Assembly (NCBI GenBank): GCA_035485835.1
Contig: DATHNR010000301.1
Coordinates: 1 to 45,537 of the forward strand
Origin: Puia sp.
GTDB lineage: Bacteria; Bacteroidota; Bacteroidia; Chitinophagales; Chitinophagaceae
Direction of reading: 5' to 3'
DNA length: 45,537 bases
The notes beneath the pieces were generated by a model, which saw only the letters and a program-made list of their open reading frames with translations, searched no databases and was not told the DNA's origin. Position numbers and translations under genes: made by a program. Below are positions 44,772-45,537 of this stretch, piece after piece. The stretch's first letter is position 1. Each line of letters starts with the position of its first letter.

Positions 44772-45537
44772 ATGGCAAAATTCAAAGCCGGTGTTTTATT
44801 TGGCGAAGAGCTGGAAGCCCTTTATCAGGATGCAAAAGAAAATGAATTTGCCATACCTGCTGTAAATGTTACCGGAACCGACACAATCAATGCTGCACTT
44901 GAGGGGGCAGCTAAAGTGAACTCACCCATCATCATTCAATTCTCCAACGGAGGCGCCCAGTTTGTTGCAGGAAAAGGAATGCCTAACGATAAATTACAAG
45001 CAAATATTTATGGAGGAGTTTCTGGAGCTCTGCATATACACACCGTAGCAAAATATTACGGCGTTCCAGTTATCGTTCATACCGATCATGCCGCTAAAAA
45101 ATGGCTGCCCTGGATAAGCGGATTACTTGACGCCGGTGAAGCGTATTATAAAGAAAATAAACAACCTCTTTTCAGCTCACACATGCTGGATCTTTCGGAA
45201 GAACCCCTGGAAGAAAATATACATACATCAGTAGAATTCTTTAAACGAATGAAGCCCCTTGGCATGGCAATAGAAATAGAACTTGGCGTGACGGGAGGAG
45301 AAGAAGATGGAGTAGATAACAGCGGTGTAGAGAATGATAAGTTATATACACAACCGGAACATGTTGCATATGCTTATACAGAATTAAGTAAAGTTGGAAA
45401 CTTATTTGGCGTTGCTGCAGCATTTGGGAATGTGCATGGAGTGTATAGCCCGGGGAATGTGGAACTTCGTCCGGTAATCCTCAAAAACAGCCAGGATTAT
45501 ATTGAGAAGAAATTAAAAACAAAACCAAAACCTGTTT
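44772..45537 (+). CDS. fbaA: Class II fructose-bisphosphate aldolase, 3'-truncated by the window edge
   Basis: Translated by hand: MAKFKAGV..., 'PAVNV', 'IIQFSNGG', 'HTDHAAK', 'FSSHMLDLSEE', 'IELGVTGGEEDG', 'FGNVHGVY'. Missing from the ORF track because there is no stop in the window. Confidence 0.97.
   Translation, partial: MAKFKAGVLFGEELEALYQDAKENEFAIPAVNVTGTDTINAALEGAAKVNSPIIIQFSNGGAQFVAGKGMPNDKLQANIYGGVSGALHIHTVAKYYGVPVIVHTDHAAKKWLPWISGLLDAGEAYYKENKQPLFSSHMLDLSEEPLEENIHTSVEFFKRMKPLGMAIEIELGVTGGEEDGVDNSGVENDKLYTQPEHVAYAYTELSKVGNLFGVAAAFGNVHGVYSPGNVELRPVILKNSQDYIEKKLKTKPKPV

Noticed and set aside
890-45423. Remaining short ORFs in the track that lie inside or antisense to annotated genes
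   Set aside because: Shadow ORFs overlapping well-supported CDS, with no motifs or initiation signals.
1-45537. Mobile elements, prophage, defence systems, tRNA or rRNA
   Set aside because: No transposase, integrase, phage or defence-type ORF and no tRNA/rRNA signature seen by eye; a tRNAscan/Infernal run would confirm.

Overview
AT-rich chromosomal window of mostly core genes from a Bacteroidota bacterium, probably Chitinophagaceae-like. This is inferred from gene content (DUF4954 after glmS, DAHP synthase-chorismate mutase fusion, stand-alone sucC, T9SS-like cargo) and from recurring TAnnTTTG '-7' promoter elements with A-rich translation starts. About 41 CDS: two ECF sigma/anti-sigma modules, SET-domain protein, mgtE, glmS-DUF4954, era-der, yceI-M28 peptidase, tatA, Smr-less mutS2-rpiA, msrA, H1-like/SWIB protein, sucC, a peptidoglycan trio (L,D-transpeptidase, RlpA, VanX-like), an aromatic amino acid cluster (pheA, aminotransferase, tyrA, DEAD helicase, DAHPS/CM, aroB, aroA, aroC), sugar kinase-murQ, S41 protease, cystathionine beta-synthase-like gene, a kinase-like hypothetical gene and a partial fbaA. 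I saw no rRNA, tRNA, CRISPR array, prophage or IS. The best unannotated signals are: (1) a ~400-nt non-coding stretch at 43040-43480 with its own promoter-like element, 25 TCC motifs (GGA on the minus strand) in repeated AAACC..TCC units and a closing hairpin, a candidate protein-sponge RNA or Rho-loading leader; (2) a complete Phe/Tyr leader-peptide attenuator upstream of pheA; (3) twin divergent ECF-type promoters TGTAACC-N16-(C/A)GTCT; (4) a probable dual-membrane-spanning anti-sigma factor; (5) a 28-codon small ORF with a structured 3' end; (6) cryptic STAS-like and PI3K/HipA-like motifs in two hypothetical proteins. Family names come from motif recognition by eye; no database search was run.
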